Source: Methanomassiliicoccales archaeon (GTDB taxonomy: Archaea; Thermoplasmatota; Thermoplasmata; Methanomassiliicoccales; UBA472). Taken from it: DNA of 64,000 nt. Below, in pieces: positions 37,312 through 47,069 of the stretch (its first letter is position 1; every line of letters starts with the position of its first letter). Location of the stretch: positions 17,748 through 81,747 of the forward strand of contig DATJOX010000057.1 of assembly GCA_035506675.1 (NCBI GenBank). The letters run 5' to 3'. The notes under the pieces were generated by a model. That model was not told where the DNA came from and made no database searches. It worked only from the letters and a program-made list of their open reading frames with translations. The position numbers and the translations under genes were made by a program.

Positions 37312-37442
37312 TTTATATGTCACTTCCCGATACATCTCGGTCCCGGCGTGGGCTTGGGGGAAGTTGCGCCTTCGTTCGGGACGCACACCTCTTGTCATCA
37401 CTTACGAAGCGCAAGCGTTATTCCGCCCCATTTGGATGCCGG
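37312..37442 (+). promoter_or_regulatory. TATA box and ~100-nt self-complementary 5' leader of the aminotransferase
   Basis: TTTATAT 37312-37318; pairings CCGGCGT/ATGCCGG, TGGGG/CCCCA, TTGCGC/GCGCAA, TTCGT/ACGAA. Confidence 0.5.
37326..37347 (+). repeat. Degenerate direct copy of the tRNA-His 3' end
   Basis: ATCTCGGTCCCGGC (37334-37347) is identical to 18155-18168; both copies are preceded by CCCGA. Confidence 0.6.
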
Positions 37443-37446
37443 CCCG

Positions 37447-38604
37447 ATGAAGCTCACCGTCTCCGACCGCTCCCAGATGATAGTGCAGTCCGAGATCCGC
37501 AACATGACCCTGGAGTGCAACAAGATAGATGGCATCAATCTCGCGCAGGGAGTGTGCGACCTCGACGTGCCGTTGGAGGTCATCGGGGGCGCGCACCAAG
37601 CGGCGCTTCATGGCTATAACCAGTACACCCGGTACGACGGCCTTCCTGCCCTTCGAAAAGCACTGACCAAGAAGCTGCGCGACTTCAACCACATCGAGGT
37701 GGAGGAGGAGGGAAACATCATCGTGTCCGCTGGCGCGACCGGCGCATTCTATTGCGCCTGCCTCGCGCTCCTGAACCCCGGCGACGAATGCATCGTCTTC
37801 GAGCCGTTCTACGGATATCACGTCAACTCGCTCCTCGCGGTCGATGCGGTCCCCGTCTACGCGCAGCTTCGTCCACCGGACTGGAAGTTCGACATGAAGG
37901 AGCTCGAGTCGCTGGTTACGGGTCGCACCAAGGCGATGGTGGTGAACACCCCCTCGAACCCTTCCGGCAAGGTGTTTTCGCGGGAGGAGCTGCAGAAGCT
38001 CGCGGACTTCGCAAAGAAGCACGACATCTTCGTCTTTACCGACGAGATCTACGAGTACTTCGTGTACGACGGGCGAGAGCACGTCAGCATGGCGACTCTG
38101 GACGGAATGTTCAACCGCACCGTCACCATCGGCGGCTACTCGAAGACCTTCTCGATCACCGGCTGGCGCGTCGGTTATGCGGCCACCGCGAAGATCTGGG
38201 CGCAGATGATCGGGTACGTGAACGATCTCGTGTACGTGTGCGCTCCTGCTCCGCTGCAGATCGGCGTGGCGAACGGGATCGAGAAGCTTCCTGCGTCCTA
38301 CTACGAAGGCATCTGTGCCGATTATCAGAAGAAGCGTGGGCAGATATGCGAAGCCCTTGCGGCCGCTGGCCTCGCTCCATACGTTCCAGAAGGGTCGTAC
38401 TATGTGCTCGCGGACGTGTCGGCGGAGCCTGGAACGGACAGCAAGGACCGTGCGTTGCACATCCTCAAGAAAACGGGAGTCGCGAGTGTGCCCGGGAGCG
38501 CCTTCTATCACGACAAAAGCGGGGAGTCACTGACGCGCTTCTGTTTCGCGAAGAGAGACCAGGTGCTTGAGGACGCGTGCAAACGATTACGGCAGTACGA
38601 GTGA
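37447..38604 (+). CDS. PLP-dependent aminotransferase class I/II (aspartate aminotransferase-like)
   Basis: INLAQG, NTPSNPSG, DEIY, GYSKTFSITGWRVGY; start ATG 37447. Confidence 0.93.
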   Translation: MKLTVSDRSQMIVQSEIRNMTLECNKIDGINLAQGVCDLDVPLEVIGGAHQAALHGYNQYTRYDGLPALRKALTKKLRDFNHIEVEEEGNIIVSAGATGAFYCACLALLNPGDECIVFEPFYGYHVNSLLAVDAVPVYAQLRPPDWKFDMKELESLVTGRTKAMVVNTPSNPSGKVFSREELQKLADFAKKHDIFVFTDEIYEYFVYDGREHVSMATLDGMFNRTVTIGGYSKTFSITGWRVGYAATAKIWAQMIGYVNDLVYVCAPAPLQIGVANGIEKLPASYYEGICADYQKKRGQICEALAAAGLAPYVPEGSYYVLADVSAEPGTDSKDRALHILKKTGVASVPGSAFYHDKSGESLTRFCFAKRDQVLEDACKRLRQYE

Positions 38605-38653
38605 ATCGCTTTCAACGGCACCGCTGGGGGGCTAGCAAACGGCAGAACAGGTG

Positions 38654-39739
38654 ATGAAAAGACTCTCGTTCCTGAACCGTTACCTGACGCTCTGGATATT
38701 CATCGCGATCGCGCTGGGCGTCCTCCTCGGAGCTCTGGTTCCTGGGGTGGCCGACTTTCTCACGGCTGTCAGCGTGGGAACGACCTCCATCCCGATCGCC
38801 GTCGGCCTGATGTTGATGATGTGGCCGCCGTTGGCAAGGGTCCGCTACGAGGAGCTCAAGGATATCCCCAAGCAGCCCGAAGCGAAGCGCATGTTCGGCA
38901 CCTCGCTCGTGCTCAATTACCTGGTCGGGCCGCTACTGATGTTCGCCCTCGCCTAGATCTTCCTTCCGGACAATATCTTCTTCCGCATCGGGCTGATCCT
39001 CACCGGCCTCGCGCGCTGCATCGCAATGGTCATCCTGTGGAACACACTTGCCGGGGGCGACCCTGAGTATGCCGCAATACTCGTCGCGCTCAATTCCGTC
39101 TTCCAGATCTTGCTCTACTCGTTCTACGCATACTTCCTGATTGCAATCGCGTCCAACTGGATCGTGCCAGGGTCGGGGACGGAGATCAACATCAGCGTGG
39201 TCGACGTTGCGCAGAGCGTGCTCATCTACCTCGGCATCCCGTTTGTGCTGGGAATCTTGACCAGGTACACCCTGCTCCCGAGGATCGGAGAGAAACGTTA
39301 CACCGAAGGCCTGATGCCAAGACTGGGCAAAATCTCGCTGCTCGCTCTGCTGTTCACCATCGTAGTAATGTTCGCTTTCAAGGGACAGTACATCCTAGAC
39401 CAGCCGCTTGACGTGGCGCGCATCGCCGTTCCTCTTGTGTTCTACTTCCTGATCATGTTCTTCCTATCGTACTGGCTCTCGATCAAACTGAAGTTCGACC
39501 ACGCGCATGCGACGGCGCAGAGCTTCACGGCGGCGAGCAACAACTTCGAGCTGGCAATAGCCGTGTCGATTGGCGTTTTCGGGATCAGCTCGCTCGTCGC
39601 CTTCGCAGCCGTGATCGGTCCGCTCATCGAAGTGCCGGTGCTGATTTCACTGGTGAATGTCGCGTTCTGGATCAAGAAGAGGCGTTTCGACGCGAATGGA
39701 ATGGTGAAGGAGGACGCGTCGCTGCGAACTCTTGAATGA
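38654..39739 (+). pseudogene. acr3: Acr3 arsenite efflux transporter interrupted by in-frame TAG at 38954-38956
   Basis: LMMWPPLARV, GLARCIAMV, ASNNFELAIAV, GPLIEVP; the two track ORFs are one frame with a single TAG between them. Confidence 0.85.
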
Positions 39740-39779
39740 GATGCTTTCTACGGGGGGGAACAGGTCGCACCGCCCCAAC

Positions 39780-40187
39780 TCACTTCTCGGGCACTTCGCT
39801 CAGCTGGCATAGATACTGCGCGAGTTTGCCCGCATCCCTGCGCCAGGCGCGCATGCATCGGAGCACCTCGTAGTTCCGTTCCGGTCCGACCCCCGGCGAG
39901 GAGGCCATTCTGGACTCCGCCTCGATGAAATCACTGACGGCGTCGATCACGTCGTCGATCTCCGCGATGGTGTCCACGTCCACGTTCTCGATGGCATCCT
40001 CGAGGAGCTCGATCTTGCCGATGACGGCCTCGATGCTCATGCCCACTCCGGTCCGGAACCGTGAGGCGATGGGCATGAAAGGCGACTTCGGGTCGTCGCG
40101 GGCGAGCCTGACGTCCTCCAGGCACTTGCGAATGTCCCGGGAAAGCGAGATCGCCTCCCGGACGTCTGATCCGGAAAGGCCGAGCAC
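39780..40187 (-). CDS. Hypothetical helical protein
   Basis: TTTATA box about 27 nt upstream of the GTG; coding-like codon use. Confidence 0.6.
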   Translation of the reverse strand: MLGLSGSDVREAISLSRDIRKCLEDVRLARDDPKSPFMPIASRFRTGVGMSIEAVIGKIELLEDAIENVDVDTIAEIDDVIDAVSDFIEAESRMASSPGVGPERNYEVLRCMRAWRRDAGKLAQYLCQLSEVPEK

Positions 40188-40228
40188 GAATGAAATCTGT
40201 CAGTTAACGGGTATAAACCTTCGCCAAG

Positions 40229-41941
40229 TTATTTTGCGCCGAGGGCGCCGGGCGCGACGCGCCAATGGTTCTCTGGGACTATGATCTCGAACCTCGCCCC
40301 CTCCCCCGCGATGCCGTTCTCGATGATCGTCATGCCCGTGAGCCCGAGTATCTGGCGCACCAAATGCAGGCGCATTTCGTCCATTTCCCCGATCTCGAAG
40401 ACCGTCTGTTTCTCGTTGTCGCCGAGGCCCTTCCCGTCGTCCTCGTAGATGAGACGGTACTGGCCGTGAGAGGACCCCCCGCTGAACCTGATCTCCTTCA
40501 CGTCGATGCCCTGCCGCGCTGAGTAGTTGAGGAGTATCTGGAATGCGCGCTCCAGCATTCGGTCCGCATACACCTCGACGTCCTCGAGTTTCACGTTGAC
40601 CTGCCGGAGCGATGCGTTGCTGAGGGACTTGGACATCGCGAACACCTGCTTGACGCGCAGCCATTCAGGCGCGTTCAGCCCGAGCTTCTCGTAGTCCCGC
40701 GCGAACTCCATGTGATGCTCGATGTTGCTCGCGCACTTCGAGATCGAGTCGGCGTGCTTGGAGACCTTCTCACCGCCCTTCAAGCGAACGAGCTCCGCGA
40801 AGCCTCGGATCGCGGTCAGCTGTCCTTGCACGTCCCCCCTGGTCACATGCGAAACCAGCCCGAGCTTGAAATTCGCCCGCTCCAGCGCCTGCCGGTTCCT
40901 TTCCTCTTCAGTCATGTCGCGGATGATCAACAGACGACCCTGGATCACATCGAAGTTGTTGCGAAGGGGGTTGACTCGGAGTTCATAGTAGCGTTGCTCG
41001 GTGCCTTTGTGGCGGGTGAAAGAGCGCTGTCCAGATGCGCTCAGGTCCTCTTCCCTTAGCCCTAAGACTTCGAAGATACCCTTGCCCGCCACCATGCTCC
41101 TGTCCTTCGTTCCAATCATATCCAAAGCCGACTGGTTTGCATGCAGCACTCGGTCCTTGTCATCTAGGATTATCAGGGTATCGTCCATCCCCTCGAAGGC
41201 GACGTCCATCGCCACAGGGAAGACGGAGAAGAGGTCATACCGGACCATGGCCACGAAGCAGAGGATGCCCGTTCCGACGAAGGACAGTATCCAGAGGAAC
41301 GTGAATTCGACGTCGAGGAACGAGGATTCTCTGATCGCGAAGGCAACCAGCGGAAGAGTGATGCCGACAAGCACCGTCCCGACCTGCTTCCTTGTGAACC
41401 GATTGGAGTTGAAGTAAGCGGAGACGAGCGTGACCCACCCGACGAACAGAAGCGCGGCGGTGTAGATCACCCAGACCCAGTATCCGGGTCCGGGCACGAC
41501 ATCCAGACCGCCGGTCCAGCCAGTGAATCCGGCCGGGTCCATCTGCACGCTGCTGTAGTAAAGGTGGGCGATTGGGTCGGTCATCACCAGGACGAGAACT
41601 GCGAGCGGGACCGCCCAGAGGAGCACGAAATGCCTCGGTTTGAGGTACCGGTTGAGGTTCGTGTACCGCAGCACGAAGACGAGGTAGAGAGGGACCATGG
41701 AGACGTTCGCGATGTACTCGACGTTGTTCCAGAAGAGCATGGAATCGAGGTCGGCAGAGGTCAGCTCCATTAGGTAAGAGATGGCCAGAAGAGCGGTCAT
41801 CGCCATGATGACCGAGAATGACAGTCGGACGACGGCCCGGCTCTTCGTCCAGGCGTGCATCGCCAGCAGGATGCAGGAGAGAGCGGAAGCTACAAGCAAG
41901 AACGATACGACGAACTCTCCTGCCATCTTGAATTCCAGCAC
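40229..41941 (-). CDS. 7TM-PAS sensor with degenerate kinase core
   Basis: HisKA_7TM-like N-terminus, PAS, EDDGKG; H-box reads VTRGDVQGQL. Confidence 0.85.
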   Translation of the reverse strand: MLEFKMAGEFVVSFLLVASALSCILLAMHAWTKSRAVVRLSFSVIMAMTALLAISYLMELTSADLDSMLFWNNVEYIANVSMVPLYLVFVLRYTNLNRYLKPRHFVLLWAVPLAVLVLVMTDPIAHLYYSSVQMDPAGFTGWTGGLDVVPGPGYWVWVIYTAALLFVGWVTLVSAYFNSNRFTRKQVGTVLVGITLPLVAFAIRESSFLDVEFTFLWILSFVGTGILCFVAMVRYDLFSVFPVAMDVAFEGMDDTLIILDDKDRVLHANQSALDMIGTKDRSMVAGKGIFEVLGLREEDLSASGQRSFTRHKGTEQRYYELRVNPLRNNFDVIQGRLLIIRDMTEEERNRQALERANFKLGLVSHVTRGDVQGQLTAIRGFAELVRLKGGEKVSKHADSISKCASNIEHHMEFARDYEKLGLNAPEWLRVKQVFAMSKSLSNASLRQVNVKLEDVEVYADRMLERAFQILLNYSARQGIDVKEIRFSGGSSHGQYRLIYEDDGKGLGDNEKQTVFEIGEMDEMRLHLVRQILGLTGMTIIENGIAGEGARFEIIVPENHWRVAPGALGAK

Positions 41942-42009
41942 CGCTTGCCCTTAAATCTATTGCCGTCATCTTATCGAAATTGATTCAGCGGTCTGGACAG
42001 TGGCTCGGA

Positions 42010-43002
42010 TCAGATCCCTAAGCTGCTAATGACGCCCCCCGAGTTCGCGTCGATCATGAACGCGATCTTCGTGCCTTCGTGGTCGTAGCGCGCGAACCAG
42101 ATCGGAGCATGCAATAGCTCAGCCTCTCCGACCTCCACCTCGGTATGCAGCTGTTGGATCATGTGATACTGCTCGTGCGCCTTCGTCGACTGCAGCTGCG
42201 TTACGAGCGCCTTCGCCTGCGAGCGCGCGACCTCCTCGCCCACGTCCCCGTTCAGCACCTTCACGTCCTTAGGCACCTTCGCAATGTCGAAGAACGTGCG
42301 CTCTTCTAGGCGGAACTGGTATTCGCGGGGTTGCGTAGAAGCGAGCGCCTTCATCGCCACGATCGGGAAGTTGTAGTTGTCCGCGATCTCGAAGCTCTTT
42401 CTTGCGCCACCGCGACCGCCCATGGTCGTGCCGATCATCGTGCCCGCGACGAGCGGCCCCCCAAGGCCGAACCCCCTTCCGCGCCCTCCACCCATCGCCA
42501 CCCCCATAAGCCCGATGAGCGCCGCGGTGGTCGCCACCTGCCCGGCCTCGACCGCAACAGCGCTCGCCACGATCGAAGTCGTCGCGGACGCGGATACGAT
42601 CCAGTACGGCACCATGGACAGGTTCATTTCCTCAAGCTTGGACTCCTCCATGAGATGACGGTGCAGGATACCGACGTCCATCATTCCGCGCACCCTCGTG
42701 ATTACCTGTTCGCTTGTCGAGAGCGTTATCGGCAGCATCGTCTGCTTCGCGATGTTCTTCCAGCCGGCGTTTCCGAGCGTGATGCCCGTGCCGCAATACG
42801 CGCAGGTAATCACCATCTCCCCGAACTGCGGATTGATCGGAGCGCCGCAGGAGGGGCACTTGAGCGCCTTCGCCTCTGTCGGCGCAAGAACGTCCTCCGC
42901 CGCCTTCGCGTTCTTCTCCAGCGTCTCCTTCACGTTCGTTCCGCACTTCATGCAGTAGGTGGCATCATCGGGAAGCTGGGAGCCGCATTTCGGGCAGTAC
43001 AT
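42010..43002 (-). CDS. Multi zinc-ribbon protein with Gly-rich segment
   Basis: CPKCG..CMKCG, CPSCG..CAYCG; GVAMGGGRGRGFGLGG. Confidence 0.8.
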   Translation of the reverse strand: MYCPKCGSQLPDDATYCMKCGTNVKETLEKNAKAAEDVLAPTEAKALKCPSCGAPINPQFGEMVITCAYCGTGITLGNAGWKNIAKQTMLPITLSTSEQVITRVRGMMDVGILHRHLMEESKLEEMNLSMVPYWIVSASATTSIVASAVAVEAGQVATTAALIGLMGVAMGGGRGRGFGLGGPLVAGTMIGTTMGGRGGARKSFEIADNYNFPIVAMKALASTQPREYQFRLEERTFFDIAKVPKDVKVLNGDVGEEVARSQAKALVTQLQSTKAHEQYHMIQQLHTEVEVGEAELLHAPIWFARYDHEGTKIAFMIDANSGGVISSLGI

Positions 43003-43211
43003 GGGTACACTCTCTCATCCCCCAAACCGGACTGGACGCTATTTGAACGTTGTTTCGCGCCATTCTCGAGGACGAAAGCAGCAGAGTGCACGCGCAACAG
43101 TGTTCGATAAGCACCCGAAGCTGGTTGACGTCAGCGCCGCCATTTCGACGAATGTGCGTTGGTATCCGACTTGAATATTGAAACGCTTATATGTGAGCGA
43201 CTGGCAAATAG

Positions 43212-44516
43212 ATGACGAATAGGGTGGCTGAAAAGAGAGGAGTGCGTTCCGAGACAAAAGGCGCTTCGTCGAGGGCGCCATCCGCCAAGAAGAAGAGCGG
43301 CGTCAAGCCCAGCGCTGCCAAGAAGAAGAGTCCCTATCGCAAGCGCCGCAATCGCAACCTTGCCGCCGTTATCGTGATCGTCGTGGTAATCATCGCCACG
43401 ATCGCGCTCACTCGGGGTACCGGGAACACGCAGACGGGAACAAGCATCACTGTTACAGCTCCGACGCTAGCTAGTCTGCACGAAGCTCGTTCGGCGCTAG
43501 AAATAGACTGGACCTCGAGTGGGAACGTCGGCGACCTCGTCAGAATCGAGTATTCGCGCGGAGGCGGGTCGCTGAGCACGATCACTACGTCCACACCGAA
43601 CACCGGAGTCTTCTCGTGGAACATCCCGGACGGCACCGAGAGCAGCAGCTCCTACTACGTCAAGGTCACGAGCCTCAGCAACCCGTCCGTCTCGGACAGC
43701 AGCGATACCTTCGAGATCGCCCCGAACTCCGGCGCCTATGCCGGCACCATCACCGTCTCACAACCGGGCGCGGCCGCCTCATATGCTCGAGGGTCCGCCT
43801 GCGCGATCGTCTGGACATGTGCAGGTGATGTGGGCTCGAGCGTGAAAGTCGAATGGAGACACGGCGGTAGCTCGGTCCTGAACCTCATCTCGCCCTCACT
43901 AGCGAACGCTGGCCAAGCGATTTGGACGCTGCCCTCTTCTTTGGTTCTCGCGGACGACTACGTCGTGCGCGTCACAAGCACTGCGGACACATCGATCTAC
44001 GCGGAGAGCGCGCAGTTCCGAGTGGTCCTCGACACCGGCGCTAGCCTCCAGGTGGGGCAGTTTGCTGAGTACTCTCTGCACGTAACCATCGACAACCAGT
44101 CAGGAACCCACACCGGCTCCGGCACTAACCGAATCGAGGTGAAGGAGGTCACGCCCAACAACGTCACCTACAACATCTCCACCACCACCGACATCGCCCA
44201 GAACGAACTGGCAGGTCAGCACGACCAGCTCGCGAGCCAAACGGCGCTGTTCGGGGGCATCGACCTCGCCAACCCCGGCGCTGGCGTCACGATCACCTTC
44301 AACAAGATGGAGCTCGTCGAGACGATGTACGGAGCGAAGTCCTGCGCCAACTACACCTACTCGACCGACAAGGGCCAGGTCGGCTTGATGTGGGTGTATG
44401 GCAACGTGCTGATGGAGTTTGAGGTCACGGGGCTAGCGCCTCCGTCATCCGGGCAGGGAACGATGTTCATCACGTACACGCTCACTTCAACGAACCTCTC
44501 GCAGGTAACGGCGTGA
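43212..44516 (+). CDS. Membrane-anchored surface protein, two Ser/Thr-rich Ig-like repeats plus C-terminal beta domain
   Basis: Basic N-tail, one TM helix, ITV(T/S)xP..I.WT..G.VG..V.IE repeats (Kre9/GPI-anchored-like). Confidence 0.8.
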   Translation: MTNRVAEKRGVRSETKGASSRAPSAKKKSGVKPSAAKKKSPYRKRRNRNLAAVIVIVVVIIATIALTRGTGNTQTGTSITVTAPTLASLHEARSALEIDWTSSGNVGDLVRIEYSRGGGSLSTITTSTPNTGVFSWNIPDGTESSSSYYVKVTSLSNPSVSDSSDTFEIAPNSGAYAGTITVSQPGAAASYARGSACAIVWTCAGDVGSSVKVEWRHGGSSVLNLISPSLANAGQAIWTLPSSLVLADDYVVRVTSTADTSIYAESAQFRVVLDTGASLQVGQFAEYSLHVTIDNQSGTHTGSGTNRIEVKEVTPNNVTYNISTTTDIAQNELAGQHDQLASQTALFGGIDLANPGAGVTITFNKMELVETMYGAKSCANYTYSTDKGQVGLMWVYGNVLMEFEVTGLAPPSSGQGTMFITYTLTSTNLSQVTA

Positions 44517-44770
44517 AGCCGAGAGGGCGAGTTTTCTCGTTTTGGCGAGGGCGAATGAAGACCTTATATTCGACTACGGCAGATGGGGTTCAACTTCCGT
44601 GGGGTTGGAGGGCGGAGAAGGTCCACGGGGACGATTATCCATTCATTGCTCATCTAGGCTTCCTCAACCACGATCACTTACACTTTTCTCCTACCTCCCT
44701 GGCTCATCAGAGCCATTATATCGAAGTCCGGGTTATTATCACGCCAAACCTCTTATGATGGGGGGAAAGC

Positions 44771-46264
44771 ATGAGAAGATACTCTAGTCCAGACTTGAGA
44801 AGGGCGAAGACCGCCGCCATTGCGGCCTCGAAGACGCTGATCGTCGTCGCGGTCGTTGTGATCGTGGCCATCGCAGCCGTCGCCGCAGTCGTCCTGATTG
44901 GGAACAATGGCGGGAACGCGAATCCGAAGATCACGGTTACCGCTCCCTCGACGGGCGGTTCATACCAAGCAGGATCATCGATGACGATCACCTGGACGTC
45001 AGCAGGTGACGTGGGAGCGAATGTGAAGATCGAAGCGGGCTCGAACGGCGTGATATCCGACACCATTGTCGCCTCGACGCCCAACAGCGGCTCGTACCAG
45101 ACCACGATTCCCTCGAGCACCGAGGCGGGCACGACCTACTTCGTGCGCATCACTAGCCTGACGAACGCGACGATCCACGGCGACTCGGGAACCTTCACGA
45201 TCACAGCCGCGCCAGTATCGTACGTAGGCACGATCACTGTCACATCGCCGGCGGCCTCGAGCGTCCACGAACAGGGATCGAACCTCGCTATCGCCTGGAC
45301 GACGACCGGCAACACCGGCGACCATGTGAAGATCGAGCTCGTGCGGGGCACCTTGGTCACACAGGTCGCCGCTTCGACCCAAAACAACGGTTCGTTCTCG
45401 TACTCGATCCCGAACTCGGCGGTCGCGAACGACTCGTACCTTGTTAGGATAACCAGCCTGGCGAACTCGTCGATCATCGGTTCGAGCGGACATTTCTCGA
45501 TCACTGAAGTGGAAACGCCAACCGCCGCCTTCACGCCCAGCAATCCATCGGCGGGCAACTACACCTTCACGGTCGCAAGCATCAGCCCGTCAGATGTGGC
45601 AAAGACATCGGTTGCCATCACCGTCACGCCTAGCGTCGGCGCCGGGCATGTGAGCGCCTGGACGGGGGGTGGGAGCGACCTCGCTGCGGGCGTTTACTTC
45701 ACAGTCGGCTGGATGAAGCCTGGATATGTGTACAGCGTGCGCGTCAGCTATGTCCCGAACAATGGCACCATCTGGAGCACTATCGTCACAACGTCGGGCG
45801 GGGCGCCCCTCCAGATCGGGCAATACGTGAACTACAGCGTTAGCGTGACGCTCGTCAACCTGACGGGGACACACGTTGGGACCGGGTTCTCCCTCCTGAC
45901 CATCACCGCGCTCAACTCTACGAACGTGACGTACACGATCACTAGCCACTACAACTTCGATGGGGTCTGGGAGAATCAGACCTACGTGGATGTCTACGAC
46001 CGGAGCGGAGGGTTCGGGGGCTTCGATATGAACTCGCCGCCGTACGGGCTCACTTACACCGCCAACGGCACGGAATACGTGAGCACACCGTGGGGCCTCA
46101 AACCGTGCCTCAAGATCGACATCACAGGAGGGCACACCGAGGGGAGTTACTGGCTATACGGACATGTCCTAATCAAGATGCACATCGTGGTGAGCATCCT
46201 CGGCTACGGAACCAACATCACGTACACACTATCGGACACCAACATCCCTTCGATCACGAGCTAA
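44771..46264 (+). CDS. Paralogous surface protein, same architecture
   Basis: Hydrophobic N-terminal helix, two ITVT(A/S)P..WT..G repeats, LQIGQYVNY domain. Confidence 0.82.
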   Translation: MRRYSSPDLRRAKTAAIAASKTLIVVAVVVIVAIAAVAAVVLIGNNGGNANPKITVTAPSTGGSYQAGSSMTITWTSAGDVGANVKIEAGSNGVISDTIVASTPNSGSYQTTIPSSTEAGTTYFVRITSLTNATIHGDSGTFTITAAPVSYVGTITVTSPAASSVHEQGSNLAIAWTTTGNTGDHVKIELVRGTLVTQVAASTQNNGSFSYSIPNSAVANDSYLVRITSLANSSIIGSSGHFSITEVETPTAAFTPSNPSAGNYTFTVASISPSDVAKTSVAITVTPSVGAGHVSAWTGGGSDLAAGVYFTVGWMKPGYVYSVRVSYVPNNGTIWSTIVTTSGGAPLQIGQYVNYSVSVTLVNLTGTHVGTGFSLLTITALNSTNVTYTITSHYNFDGVWENQTYVDVYDRSGGFGGFDMNSPPYGLTYTANGTEYVSTPWGLKPCLKIDITGGHTEGSYWLYGHVLIKMHIVVSILGYGTNITYTLSDTNIPSITS

Positions 46265-46334
46265 GCAAACCCGCTTCCATCCTTCTTTCTTTTCCATGAG
46301 CGAGCGAAGCTAATGAATGCCGTCAGAGTCAGCT

Positions 46335-47069
46335 TCAGGGCTCTCTCCACTTCATTCTGAACGAGACGAGCAGGAGAAGGAGCACGGACGCGATCGCGAG
46401 AACGATGAAAGAGTACGCAGGCTCGATCGAATACCCGAGCCCCATCGCACCCTGGAACATGGAGGACGCTTCGGTGGTCGGGATCACAGCCGCCACCGGA
46501 ACGAGGTACGAGGGCAGGAAGGACATCGGGTAATACACCGGCGGCAGCACCGAGAGGATCGTTGTGATGAACCCATTGATCACGAACGCGTTCTGCGTGT
46601 TCGGGGCGTACGCCGAGAAGAAGAACCCGATGGCCGTGGTCGCGACCCAAAGCAGGAGCATTACGCCGAACGCGAGCACGAGCGAGGCGGCGGACGCGCC
46701 GTTCGCACCCATCAGAGCGAACAGAATGAGGAGCGCCGGAGCGCCGAAGATCAGCTCGGAGATCGCGACCCCGAACATGTACGTCAGCGGGGAGATCGGT
46801 GAGGCGACCGCGATGTCCTGGAACTTGTTCTGCAACTTGTAGGTCGCGAGGTCCGTGCCCACAAATAGCCCGAGCTCGGTCGTCGTCATCGTGAGCGCGC
46901 CCGCGATACCGAAAGTCAGCGCCTGTCCATTGCTCACGACGAAGAGCACGAAGAGCAGCGTGAACGGGGAGGTGAACAGGAACACCATGAAGAGCGGGTT
47001 CCTGAGCATCGGGATGAAGCCCAGGTAGTAGGCGATCGCCCAGAGCTTTCGCATCCTAAGGTTCGCCAT
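46335..47069 (-). CDS. ABC-2-type permease
   Basis: Six TM segments, LPPVYYP, IPTT. Confidence 0.88.
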   Translation of the reverse strand: MANLRMRKLWAIAYYLGFIPMLRNPLFMVFLFTSPFTLLFVLFVVSNGQALTFGIAGALTMTTTELGLFVGTDLATYKLQNKFQDIAVASPISPLTYMFGVAISELIFGAPALLILFALMGANGASAASLVLAFGVMLLLWVATTAIGFFFSAYAPNTQNAFVINGFITTILSVLPPVYYPMSFLPSYLVPVAAVIPTTEASSMFQGAMGLGYSIEPAYSFIVLAIASVLLLLLVSFRMKWREP

